Shown one piece after another: positions 1-11,100 of a stretch of 64,000 nucleotides of DNA. Numbering within the stretch: position 1 is the stretch's first letter; each line of letters starts with the position of its first letter. Origin of the DNA: a virus; IMG/VR virus record IMGVR_UViG_3300030117_007673, positions 32,001-96,000 of that record, one strand, 5' to 3'. A program made the translations under genes and the position numbers. The notes beneath the pieces were generated by a model, which made no database searches, was not told the DNA's origin, and was given only the letters and a program-made list of their open reading frames with translations.

Positions 1-1
1 T

Positions 2-2803
2 ATGAGATTTCCTTTTGATGCTTTGCTAGCACCAGAGGTTTATTTTCCAAAGATTGAGAAGGATGGGCAAATTATTAAAAAAGGTAGATTACTAGGTGTT
101 AACTTGCCAGTAGCTACTTCGATGTCTGGGGCAGCGGCAACGTCTAATTATCCTTACGTCTTGTCGCTGAACGACAACGCAATATGGCTAGGCAACAGCC
201 CAAAACCGCAATATAGTCTTGCTATGCACAATTTCTTAGCTGAAGTTCCAAGATTCTTTTTGCAAGATGAGAGGTTAACTAGTTTTGTTTCCGACAAAGG
301 GCCTTTCTCTTTAGCGGCAGGGACAAGCTATTATATGGATGTTGTCCTTAGTAAAAATAAAGAAATGATTATGTATGAAGGGCCACAGTGGGAATTCAAC
401 GCCCCGGTCCAGGAATCTTCAGCTTCGATCATACTTGACTCCTTCGGGGGCGACGCTGCGTCCGCGCGCGCGACTCTGGACACAGACACCATAACAATTG
501 TTGACAATGCGGGCACTTCAAAGGTTTATATTTTTGACGACGATAACGACGGCTCAACGGGTACCACAGATGGTTCTGGGAATGTTCGAATACAAATAAA
601 TGGTCTGACAAGTTCCTGCGATGTAGCTATACAAGTACAGGCAGCCATTGAACACTCAAACGGTCATAATGGTTCGATCATTGTGCGCCGTGACGGAACC
701 AACGCACGCGCAATTGCTTTGAGACAAAAATCTACTATCGTCGCTGCCACGGCTATTACCTATACAGCGAATGGCACCGGCGGCACCCCATACGATCTGA
801 TCCACCAGTTTGCCAATTATAAAGGCGATAACCCTTCCGGGATCGCCTCACCAGGCAAATATTCTGGTTTCGGAGATAAGGATAGAGGCAATATGTTCAC
901 TGGAAGCGCAAGAGGCATACATTATGGCCCGGCATGTGACGTCACTCAGTCAGCGCACACCGAAACCACCATACATATGAATAATGAGTTAGGCGTAGTA
1001 AACTGCAGAGATCCAGCCTATGCTCCTTACACTCCTCCATATTTTTATGGCGAATCAGTTGCTAGATTTAAGTTTACTCCTGAACAACATAGGCCAGGAT
1101 TGAGCGAAGGCGACATAGCAACTTTTTCAGTTGAGGAAATTATAAGAGGGGTCGAGATAGAAATGGAACAGGCTACTTCCGGCTTTAATCCCAATCTCTC
1201 TGCCAGCTTCAGAAATGCTTGGACAGTTCCACAAGAAGCGTCACTTTCACGCGATAGTCAAATGACAATTGATGCGTCAATTAATTTATTTGGCAGAGCT
1301 AGGCTTAAAGAGGTTGATTACAGAACTCCACTGGGCGTTTCTCGTCAACTTGGAGATACAGGTAAATCTTCTAGAGCATTTTTTGAGCCCATATCCGCAA
1401 AAGATCCTGAAAATCCTGACGCGTTTACTTCATGGGTTATTGGTCCGCATTTTGAAACTCCAATATTAAATTTTTCTGGTAATGCTGAAGGTTATCATAC
1501 TCGCGGAATGTGGTTTGGATATGGAGATGTACCAAAAGGAGAGGACGGAATATTCTTACAAATAAGAGAAAGTTTTCCTGAACTTATTGGTGGCAGCCTG
1601 GGTGTAGCAAATAGAGATGCTCGACTTAACGATACGACCTCTCAAAGATTAACAGGTTCTCTGAAAGAGATTCTTGGATTTGGAAAGTCTAGAACTAGTC
1701 CCACAAAGAAGCTTGGTAGAATTGCTGCACATAAAGAAATTTCGGAAGCGGTTGTTGCAATTCCTATATATAGGCGAGCCGGCCTAGACCAGTTTGTAAA
1801 CATCAGACAGGAAGAAATTGATAAAGCTTTGGGAATCATACCCGGAGAAACTGGTGTTTCAATACAAAATATGGTTGACACAATGAGGGAGTATGTCATA
1901 CCGCCACAACACAATTTCTTGATAAATGATCAAGTTGACCCATTCGTGATGTATATCTTTGAATTTAAACATACGTTGGATAAAGATGATTTGAAAGATA
2001 TTTGGCAAAATCTTATGCCAAAAATTGCCATGGCAGCAGAAAAAGATGAGGTTACTTTAACTCACGATCTCGGGCCTAATGAATTTTTCGGTTCTCGCCC
2101 AGATGTTGAGCCAGGAGACCCTGTTGTTCCAGAGAATTTGAGATGGGTGGTTTATAAAGTTAAGAAAAAAGCAAGTAATAACTATTATAACGTAACACTA
2201 GACAACAGAGACGATAAAAGATTCCAATTTGAATTCGCGGTTGATAGTGATACCAGACAGTTACCATACAGTTACAACTGGCCATACGACTTCTTTTCTC
2301 TAGTAGAGCTTGCAAAGATTGAAGCCGAGGTAGAAGTCAGGCGAGAAAAAGAAGTTGTTGGAGGGAATTCTGTGCTTAAAATCGATGGTACCACAGAAGA
2401 TCGCTACAACCCAGGGAGAGATTCTATGGATTCTGAGGTAATATCAGAAGATGAAGAAGTTGATGAGCTGCCACGGAAAATGGCGATAGCTGACGACGCT
2501 CCCGAACCCTCAATGCGGCAAACAGAAAGTTCTTCTGAGTCACCAAGGCGAGAAATACGAACTAGTAATTTGCTCACAACGAGGACAACAGAGGAAACAA
2601 CGGAAGAGGCTACAACAATGCAAACTCCTCCAAGAACTCAGACAAGGGGAGGGACTCAGATAAGAAGTGATCGAAGGGCTACAAGAGGCGGTGGCGGCAA
2701 TGGCGGCACAACAACTCGCAACCGCGATGTCCGTGGCGGCGGCGGAGGTGGTCGTGGCGGCGGCGGAGGCGGCGGTGGTGGTGGCGGTCGCGGTGGATAT
2801 TAA
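2..2803 (+). CDS. Large putative virion/baseplate protein (probably 5'-truncated by the window edge) with a Gly/Arg-rich C-terminal tail
   Basis: 933-aa ORF starting at the window edge, in the structural region; ends in Thr/Arg-rich then RGGGGG...RGGY low-complexity sequence. Confidence 0.55.
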   Translation: MRFPFDALLAPEVYFPKIEKDGQIIKKGRLLGVNLPVATSMSGAAATSNYPYVLSLNDNAIWLGNSPKPQYSLAMHNFLAEVPRFFLQDERLTSFVSDKGPFSLAAGTSYYMDVVLSKNKEMIMYEGPQWEFNAPVQESSASIILDSFGGDAASARATLDTDTITIVDNAGTSKVYIFDDDNDGSTGTTDGSGNVRIQINGLTSSCDVAIQVQAAIEHSNGHNGSIIVRRDGTNARAIALRQKSTIVAATAITYTANGTGGTPYDLIHQFANYKGDNPSGIASPGKYSGFGDKDRGNMFTGSARGIHYGPACDVTQSAHTETTIHMNNELGVVNCRDPAYAPYTPPYFYGESVARFKFTPEQHRPGLSEGDIATFSVEEIIRGVEIEMEQATSGFNPNLSASFRNAWTVPQEASLSRDSQMTIDASINLFGRARLKEVDYRTPLGVSRQLGDTGKSSRAFFEPISAKDPENPDAFTSWVIGPHFETPILNFSGNAEGYHTRGMWFGYGDVPKGEDGIFLQIRESFPELIGGSLGVANRDARLNDTTSQRLTGSLKEILGFGKSRTSPTKKLGRIAAHKEISEAVVAIPIYRRAGLDQFVNIRQEEIDKALGIIPGETGVSIQNMVDTMREYVIPPQHNFLINDQVDPFVMYIFEFKHTLDKDDLKDIWQNLMPKIAMAAEKDEVTLTHDLGPNEFFGSRPDVEPGDPVVPENLRWVVYKVKKKASNNYYNVTLDNRDDKRFQFEFAVDSDTRQLPYSYNWPYDFFSLVELAKIEAEVEVRREKEVVGGNSVLKIDGTTEDRYNPGRDSMDSEVISEDEEVDELPRKMAIADDAPEPSMRQTESSSESPRREIRTSNLLTTRTTEETTEEATTMQTPPRTQTRGGTQIRSDRRATRGGGGNGGTTTRNRDVRGGGGGGRGGGGGGGGGGGRGGY
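2686..2800 (+). repeat. GGC/GGT trinucleotide low-complexity repeat (poly-Gly/RGG)
   Basis: Runs such as ggcggcggcggaggtggtcgtggcggcggcggaggcggcggtggtggtggc. Confidence 0.85.
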
Positions 2804-2822
2804 AGTATAAGGAACTGATAAA

Positions 2823-3887
2823 TTGGAATTTTTTGATAAAAAAGAAGAAGTTTTAGATATTCAGCTTACTCAATATGGTAAGCATCTATTGTCTTTAGGC
2901 AAATTTAAACCGACTCAGTATGCCTTTTTTGATAACGACATCATATATGATTTTGCGTATGCTAGCGGAAGCGAACAACAAAATAAAGCAGAAGAAAGAA
3001 TAAAGGAAGTTCCTAGAACAAAAACACAATATGTCTTCAGCGGAATAGAAACAGAAGTAAAAAAGATTAATCAAAGGGTTAGGCATGGCTCAATATACGG
3101 AGATACAGATTTAAAAACTCCAGGAGTTCAATTAGGACAAGTTGCGACAGCTGATCTCGCACCACCGGGTTCTGACTCAATTCAACCTGGCCCTGAAAAA
3201 AATTATAGTTTAATGCTCCCAATGGGAAATTCTTCGTTATCTAGTAGATATGCTCCAGCTTGGGATATGAAGTTTCTCCATAATTCAGCCTCTGTTTTTA
3301 CCGACTTCATTACAGGATCTCACTTCAAGCTTGTTAAGATTCCTCAAGGAGAGGTGCAAGTAACCTATAAGACGTACATCACCAAAGTTGATGAGTTTGG
3401 TACACCATCTCCAAATTATCTACTAGGCGATCCGGATCCTGGCGGTGTTGAAATTGGTGATGGCATTTCTGAGATAGCATTTCTTAGAAAATATGGAGAT
3501 GATACAACAATTCAAGTTGAAGAAGATTATATATTTTTAGATATTCTCGAGGAAAATGTAGAATTTAAGAAAGAAAATTTCGATATTGAGGTATTTTTGG
3601 TGGACGAACATGCAAATGAGACACAATTACAATTTGTTAGACCTGGCTCAGATTTAGACTCTTTAGATGAAGATGACAGAGGAAAATATGTAGAATGGTG
3701 GTTTGATATATTTGTTGACAACGAGATTGAACCAGACGTCTTCTGCAAAACCAGACAGGAAGATCGACGTAAAAATATATTTGCAGATCAATTTAGTTCT
3801 TTTGACTGTGAAGATCGACAAGAACTTGTCTCAGAGAATATTTATGAAGTAGAGTTAACAGACGAAGACTTCGAGGAGCCTTGTTAA
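2823..3887 (+). CDS. Putative baseplate/tail-collar-related structural protein
   Basis: N-terminus DIQLTQYGKHLLSLGKFKPTQYAFFDNDIIY parallels that of 12322..13353 and the LTxxG..LA motif of tail-collar fibre proteins. Confidence 0.5.
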   Translation: MEFFDKKEEVLDIQLTQYGKHLLSLGKFKPTQYAFFDNDIIYDFAYASGSEQQNKAEERIKEVPRTKTQYVFSGIETEVKKINQRVRHGSIYGDTDLKTPGVQLGQVATADLAPPGSDSIQPGPEKNYSLMLPMGNSSLSSRYAPAWDMKFLHNSASVFTDFITGSHFKLVKIPQGEVQVTYKTYITKVDEFGTPSPNYLLGDPDPGGVEIGDGISEIAFLRKYGDDTTIQVEEDYIFLDILEENVEFKKENFDIEVFLVDEHANETQLQFVRPGSDLDSLDEDDRGKYVEWWFDIFVDNEIEPDVFCKTRQEDRRKNIFADQFSSFDCEDRQELVSENIYEVELTDEDFEEPC

Positions 3888-6800
3888 TGGCCATAGAGAT
3901 AAAAGAAGATTTTTCAAGTTATTTTCAAGATGCGTTGCCTGAAGCGAGTGTTGAGAAGGTTACTATTGCAGCCGGTGGGCCTCCATCTGTAGAACAGCTA
4001 AAGATGATATGGTCTGAAGATCCGCATGTCAAATCTGAGAGGCGTGGATTCATCATTGAACAGCTGAAAGGGCGATCTCATACTTCAGGAGTACCTGACG
4101 ACAAGAATGTACATGTAGAGCTGCAACTTACAATGAACGCCCTAATACCAAAGGCAAAGGATATATTTGCAAGTTTTATATATAATGAAGAATTTTTTAA
4201 ATATTTTAGAGTTTTTGTTATATCAAATGAAAATATGGAAACATATGAAAAAGTTCTTGCGACGAGTGTTCATGAGCCATTAAAACAAATTAAACAATTA
4301 AGAGATCAATCCGTATTTAAAGATCTTTTTCAATACGGCGGAAGCGATGCTAATCCTACAGTAACTTTAAAACCTATTGAAGAACTCGGAACCCGCGTAC
4401 AAACTTATTCTCCAAGTAGAGAGGCCGTCGACTCTGTAGATCATACATCTAGAGGCGCGAGAGCTACAGGTTTAAATAAGAAAACTGACAATGATGGCAA
4501 TACAATTATTTCCATTCCTATGGATTTTGATTTTAAATACAACAGCGATCCATATCATTTGTCCTACTTCACTATAACAATGCTGGATATTAATGAAATT
4601 CAAAAAGATTATCCGGATATTGACTCATTGGATTTAGAATTTGTTTCTAGAGTCATACCGACTCTTGTCCTTGCAGAGGGAAAGGTGCCCACAAAAAGGC
4701 CAATATATAAAATAATCCCAATAGGAACAGATCTTGGTAAATATCCAAAACAACCTAGGATTTGGTCAGGCCCAGTCCATCAAATGCCGGATGGTACATG
4801 GATGACTGGTCGATCACATAGTCCTGCAAGAACATTCGGACAAGTATATGAATATGAACGCGGCGCTGCTGAAGTACGCCTTCTTAAAGGTTCTATGCCT
4901 TTGGAGCGTATCGAAATTGATGTGTCAAACATTCAAGACTTTAGAATTATCACTTCGAATATTGACACAATGAGCGAATTTCTTGACGAAGAAATTGGTG
5001 GACAATATCAAGCACGCGGCTTAGGTAGACTACAACAAGGAGACATTAAATATTTAACAAACGATAGAGCAGACGTTGAAGAGAGTGTGCCGTATTTTTC
5101 TGATTTATATTCCTCTAAAGACTATCAATATGACTCATGTGTTCGACTTTTCTTTAGTATGGATTATCAATCTCTCATCGAAGACTTAGGAATATTTAGC
5201 TCTTTCCTTCGTGGCGATATTATTTTCTCTTCAAGCAAAGTGGAAAAGAACTTTTATAGAAATATATTGAACAACTCACAACTTTTGTCACTTAAAGTTG
5301 TTAGAAAAAGAGTAAAGCTAGAACATTCGGGAATAAATAAATTAGGATATCCAGCTTTGGAAGATTTTGACGAAGAAGAAACACCAACTTTAGTTGCATC
5401 TTATCCTCCTAATCCTGAGTTGATTCCTAAAATTAGAAGAGTTAACCTGGCAAGTTTAGGTGGAGCCACTGAGTCGCTTAACGATCCATATCTAAAGCAT
5501 TTTTCAGTTTTAGATACGGAGATCTCAGGTGTGTCATATGGCAATTATATCTATGGTGTAGAATTAGAAGCTGTAGACGGGACAGTAAAAGTGTTATCAA
5601 ATATTTTAAATTCTATATTGGATGATTATAATATGATTAAAAAATATTATGAATTGGCTTCTTCTGGAAACGAATACGGGCCTTATTATAGTAACAAGAC
5701 TAAGAAATTTCAAAGTAGCTTTAAAGCGGTCAGCGATACTACTGTGGCAGTCAGTCTTAATTTTTATACAAATTATCTAAACAAATGGGCGCTTCTTTCC
5801 GGACAAAAAAAAGCACGCAGCCGTAACAAACTTAAACCTGAAGATATTGCTGAAACAGCTAGAGCTATGTTAGCCAGCACTGATTCGACTAATGGTTCAT
5901 TAAAAGGCATAGAATCAGTGATGAACCATATGGAGAGGACGTATAAGCAGCTTGAGAAGATATTAGATGGCGCAGTTTCGGGACCAGTTAAAAAGACCCC
6001 GGTTGACGATGGCTCCGGTACAACTGCAGCTCATTTTAAATCTGACGCAACAAGAACGATTAAGATTAGGAAATGGTTTTCAGATTTAGATGAAGTTGTA
6101 GATGTGGATGTTCCAAAGAATACTGGTTATGAATTTTTATCAGGTGGTGGACTCATGCAGTTTCTTATAACGAGAAATGGAATCCCTGGGCTGGTGTCTA
6201 TGACTCCAGAAGCTTACAAAAATAGAATTTTGGCAGAAACAAAAAAACATTTTAAAGATGTTAATATTGAAACTGCTAATGCTTGGATGATTAAAACAGA
6301 TGGTACTCGGGCTCTAGCCGATTCTGTTAGTTTTAGTATGGGTCAAACTAAGTGGGGGTATTTAACTCCAGGTGTCGCTTTTTTCAGAAATAAAATAATT
6401 TCATTGGTTGACACCGATGACGTATTCATAAATGCAGGTATGTATGATAATGACATCTATTACGAAGTTTTGTTAAATTCTCTTCGATATAATAACTCTC
6501 TTGATATTTCAAAAGAACCATTTGGCCTAAACAATAATGATGAATTCATATCAAGTTTTCCAATTGAGAAGCAAAAGATACGCGGAGGTCTTATTGATTT
6601 ATTGGCAGCTAATAATTGTACTGTTAGCAGTATGAAAGAATTTAAGAATAATAAGGAAGATCTTGTTAACTTAAGTGCAGCTAGGTCATTAAATACTTCT
6701 AAACCCACACCAGGCGAGAAAATTTTCTCTCAATTGGCAAACCAACTTTCTCCAATATATAAAAATGTAGATCCTTTTGCCGTTAATGATCATGATCCTA

Positions 6801-8107
6801 GCCCCGAATTAGATACGATACTTAAATATTATGTGAATACAGGCGGCGCTTCAACACCAAAATCACACACCTTTGACTTAAACAGTTCAAAGAACACTTC
6901 CCTTACGTATTTTAAAGGTTATGAATCACAAATACCAAATCAAATAAAAGCATTGATTCTTTTCATGACAAATGCAGTGACGTATAAATACCCAGGTATA
7001 GATACCACATCTTATGCGAACGACTTAAGAATTGACATAAATCGTTTGATGGGCGGGTTACGAAAAAGGGACAATTGGACTAAGCAATCATCCTTTCCGT
7101 TTTTTTATTACAACTTTTATAACATAAACGAAATTCAATATATTAATGGATATGACAGATACCCCCTTGCTAATATGGCTATTCGTAGACGATACAACAT
7201 GAAAGCTCCATTGTGGAGGACAATGAATGGAAATAGTTTCAGAGCCCTCGAGACAAATTTGAATAATGCAGGTGACGTTACTTTATGTCGACAAATTCCA
7301 TATAAAAATCCATCTCTTGGATTGCCAGACTTTCCAAATATAGATATTCAAACTTATAATGAACATTTCTTTTTGGAAAACACTCCTTATCCAAAAATAG
7401 ATCAGAGAGAGGCCCTCGAGGCTATGAGGCAAGATATTCAAGATTCACCTCCCCCTACAGAAAACAGACTCGTGATAACTAAGGATATATCAAATATCTT
7501 ACAGGAGGCGGTCGAGCGAGCCCTAGGGGAGCAATTATCACAAGGCGCTATCGAGTCAATAAATCAAAACGTTAAGGCGCTGGGAGGAAACGTGTTTCGA
7601 GCTTTTGAATTTGAAGCCGGCTTAGATTTGTCGTTAACTCAAGAACAAGCACTGCAGTTAACGAATGCAGACGGTAAATTTAATTTTGAACCATTTCCGA
7701 TTAATGAAACTATAGATTATATTATAAAAAACGTAGACTTGACGACTTCTACTCTTGAGTTTTTACGTATGAAATCTATTGAAGCAGGCGGAAATCCGGT
7801 AGCATTCCACAATCATCTTTATGAAGAATTTGAAAGAAGAGTTGCAGCTACTGGTGCAGCCCCACCAAAAATATCGAGCGGTACGGAATTTTTGAGAGGT
7901 GACGTTCTTTCATGGGTGACCGAAGCCCTCCATCCAGCCGTCGCCCAACATCCAAACGCCAAAGCTCTTCCGTTTTCAGCCGAGATATTAGCAAGAATCG
8001 TAGACAAAGCCATTAAGGATAACTATGGTTATAACGGTGCAGCTAGGAAACAAGTGCAGGATGGAATGGCAGCTGAGAATACTTGGTGGCAGAATAGTCC
8101 GTATTAA
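3881..8107 (+). CDS. Very large hypothetical (probable virion) protein
   Basis: 1408-aa ORF; contains HQMPDGTWMTGRSH and an FN3-like LDTEISGVSYGNYIYGVE segment. Confidence 0.5.
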   Translation: MLMAIEIKEDFSSYFQDALPEASVEKVTIAAGGPPSVEQLKMIWSEDPHVKSERRGFIIEQLKGRSHTSGVPDDKNVHVELQLTMNALIPKAKDIFASFIYNEEFFKYFRVFVISNENMETYEKVLATSVHEPLKQIKQLRDQSVFKDLFQYGGSDANPTVTLKPIEELGTRVQTYSPSREAVDSVDHTSRGARATGLNKKTDNDGNTIISIPMDFDFKYNSDPYHLSYFTITMLDINEIQKDYPDIDSLDLEFVSRVIPTLVLAEGKVPTKRPIYKIIPIGTDLGKYPKQPRIWSGPVHQMPDGTWMTGRSHSPARTFGQVYEYERGAAEVRLLKGSMPLERIEIDVSNIQDFRIITSNIDTMSEFLDEEIGGQYQARGLGRLQQGDIKYLTNDRADVEESVPYFSDLYSSKDYQYDSCVRLFFSMDYQSLIEDLGIFSSFLRGDIIFSSSKVEKNFYRNILNNSQLLSLKVVRKRVKLEHSGINKLGYPALEDFDEEETPTLVASYPPNPELIPKIRRVNLASLGGATESLNDPYLKHFSVLDTEISGVSYGNYIYGVELEAVDGTVKVLSNILNSILDDYNMIKKYYELASSGNEYGPYYSNKTKKFQSSFKAVSDTTVAVSLNFYTNYLNKWALLSGQKKARSRNKLKPEDIAETARAMLASTDSTNGSLKGIESVMNHMERTYKQLEKILDGAVSGPVKKTPVDDGSGTTAAHFKSDATRTIKIRKWFSDLDEVVDVDVPKNTGYEFLSGGGLMQFLITRNGIPGLVSMTPEAYKNRILAETKKHFKDVNIETANAWMIKTDGTRALADSVSFSMGQTKWGYLTPGVAFFRNKIISLVDTDDVFINAGMYDNDIYYEVLLNSLRYNNSLDISKEPFGLNNNDEFISSFPIEKQKIRGGLIDLLAANNCTVSSMKEFKNNKEDLVNLSAARSLNTSKPTPGEKIFSQLANQLSPIYKNVDPFAVNDHDPSPELDTILKYYVNTGGASTPKSHTFDLNSSKNTSLTYFKGYESQIPNQIKALILFMTNAVTYKYPGIDTTSYANDLRIDINRLMGGLRKRDNWTKQSSFPFFYYNFYNINEIQYINGYDRYPLANMAIRRRYNMKAPLWRTMNGNSFRALETNLNNAGDVTLCRQIPYKNPSLGLPDFPNIDIQTYNEHFFLENTPYPKIDQREALEAMRQDIQDSPPPTENRLVITKDISNILQEAVERALGEQLSQGAIESINQNVKALGGNVFRAFEFEAGLDLSLTQEQALQLTNADGKFNFEPFPINETIDYIIKNVDLTTSTLEFLRMKSIEAGGNPVAFHNHLYEEFERRVAATGAAPPKISSGTEFLRGDVLSWVTEALHPAVAQHPNAKALPFSAEILARIVDKAIKDNYGYNGAARKQVQDGMAAENTWWQNSPY

Positions 8108-8157
8108 TGGTACAATATGTACGATACTCATAATTACTTAGACAAGGGAAAATAGAT

Positions 8158-11100
8158 TTGAGCGACGAAACAAAAGAAGAAAAAGAAATTACTGAAGGCA
8201 CAAATCTGCTTGTTCCGGACAAACTTACTTATTTTGATGATGATTTCAGACACTTATATGACTTTAAAAAAGAGAATTATGATTACCCAACTTTATTAGT
8301 ACCAAAACTTGATATTGGCTATCTAGGTGGGCCAAACGCGCCGATGTACGAAAAACAGGAAATGTATGTACAAAAGTTCAACTCTCACTCCGAAGATCCG
8401 GTAAGAACATATTTAGGAAAAATCTGGGTTCATTCAAACAATCAGGGTTTAGTTTTTTTCAAAGAACTTACTGATCCAAATTTTAATGGAGTTACACCGC
8501 TTAAAGATTATCACATATCGACTTACGCCCTAGCCCCTATTGGGCAGGCGGGAATGTTTATTAGAAAGGAAATGTTGACCATAAATTATGATGGTCCTTT
8601 GCCAGCTGAAAAAAATGCGCAAATGTATACGAGAATAAAGAATCAAGCACAAGTCGGCTCACAAAAGTACCATGTAGATTTCACTTCAGAGCACACAATG
8701 CCTTACAAATATGAGGAGCTTGAAGATATATCTAATGCTATAGGGACAAAAGCTGCGTATGTTAAGACAGATTCCACTTACAATTATCATATTCCAGCAT
8801 ATGAAAATTTAATAAGCACGCCAGGAAAGTTCAAGTTTCCACCGGATTTTTATAATTCAGATGGCTTGGAAGATTTTATTGAAAAGATACTGCCAGATAT
8901 ACAAACAGGTATAGTCGATAATGTTTCAGCAGACATGTCTCAAGCAGTAAATTCTCAAGGCTTCAAAGTTACCACAAGTAATATACTTTTAACAGACTTA
9001 CATTTGACTTTAGCTGATTATATTCAAGGCATGTTTAAAAATAGTTTAACTGATAAGGGGAAGTTAAAAAGAAACGTTAACAAGCCAAAATTCGGTTCTA
9101 AGAATGGGCTAGATGTTGAAAATGAAGGTCGATATTTTGAAATTTGGACAAAAGTGGTCAAAAAGATTTTAGAAAAAAGCCCAGAGATAGCAACAAGTCC
9201 AGCTTCTTTAACGAGAGTCATGAAGCTGTTTAGTATATATAAAACCAAAATATTGCCCGCAGCTACAGTGCCGTTATTAAACGAATATAATGGAAGAAAA
9301 TATCTTTATCCAATGTTTAACGAAATAGAATTTTCTACAGATACCAAAACCAGGCTTGCAGATCTTTTATCAGAGTTTAATCTTGGCTATTCAGTACTAA
9401 AATCTATTCGACAGGGTATTAATGGCGATCTGCAAGATTTTCCATCCACAACTGCTAGAGGAAATATTGACTTTCAACTGTCTGATAGTGCTTATGTGAC
9501 ATCTAAAGATAAAATTATGGTATATGGGCCTTCTCGAGAGTTCGCAGAGAAAGTAGGTCGGGAGTTGTTTTCTTTTAGGTTTCTTGATACCTCTAATGAT
9601 GATTGGATAGACGGATATTTAAAACCGAATTATGATTTTTATGCTTATGTTGATAGTGATAAATATAAAATAGCAGGATCATGGCCATTCACAGATCATG
9701 CTTTGTTATTGAAGCCTGACTCCTACCCAATACAAAGCCCTCCTAATTCAGTCGAATTACAAATGACAGATTTGGATAATATAGACAATAAACTTTTTAA
9801 GACCATTTATACAACAGTTTTTAAAAAGAGGCTTCAAGCTCTTATCCAAGAAAAGACCAGATCGTTTGAAGACATTTTGAATGGTAAAAAAGCTTATACT
9901 GAAACAATTGCATATAGAATTGAAAAATGGTCAGTAAAAGATGAACAACCGGATGAATTTATTCAAGATGTGTTGTTACAAAATACTAGTGAAATTGATG
10001 TTTTGAATTATGTCGATACACAAGTTAGATACGAAATACCTTACATATATAAAATATATTCTTGGAACGCGATATTTGGAACACAATATAGATATGCGCT
10101 AGCATCACCAGACCCCAACGATATGCAGCCAGAAGAAGCAAGTCAATCAAACAGTTCCCTTATCGGTATGATGGGGGTCATTCAAAATGCAGTTGTAGAA
10201 GCTGAACAAGAAGGTAAACTTCTGGAAGATGTTTATAGGAGAGCAGCACATTTGTTGGTCGCAGATCTAGCACAGAGGCTTTGGTTTAAAAAGAATCTCT
10301 CATCAAGCTACACCACTGGGGATTCGGATATGCCACCTTGGCAGCTTTCACCTGCAGATTTGGAGCTTTTGGATACTATAGCATGTGGCGCGCCGGTTGA
10401 TTATGAAAACAACTTCCCTGTTGGCTTCACAGGCGGCTCAATGCAATGCACGCATTCAAATGCTAGCAATTATTCATTGCCAGGGGTTAACAATATGGCA
10501 GGTTGTTGTACAAAATATAATGATTCTGATTTAAATACTTTTGAAAATGAACTATTTTCCCTATATTGTGATCATATGGACAATGCCCTAGGTAAGTCGG
10601 GAGATAAATTTAAATTTTCTTACGAGGACGCTCATTTCTCAATCGACTATAAAGATTATGGAAACGGAGACCCATATCAGGATATATTTTCAGCCACACT
10701 AAATTCTATCATAGCTCGGAGAGTTAGTTGGATGATAGAAAATGGGGTGACAATAGAAGCAACAGCGGACAACAACACCAGCCTTACAACTGCAGGTGTT
10801 TCTGGGGGCTTTGCTGATGGGCAGCAATTCCCATCTTGGTCTAAAAACAAAGGGTGGACTTCGGATCAACTCGATGCGCTTTCTAATCGTTGGGATGCGA
10901 TAAGAAATATAGTTGGAACAGTGGACAGCCCATGGTATGATAATACCCGCGTCAATAAGAAGTTTAATGTCGGGCAAGAAAGTAACACTGGCTTGTTTGG
11001 TATAGTTAGTGATAATTTCGCTGAATCAAAACTTGAGCAAGCGGGTAATTTTCCTGACAAATCGTTATCTTTTGACATTCCATTTGTTGATGCGTATAAA

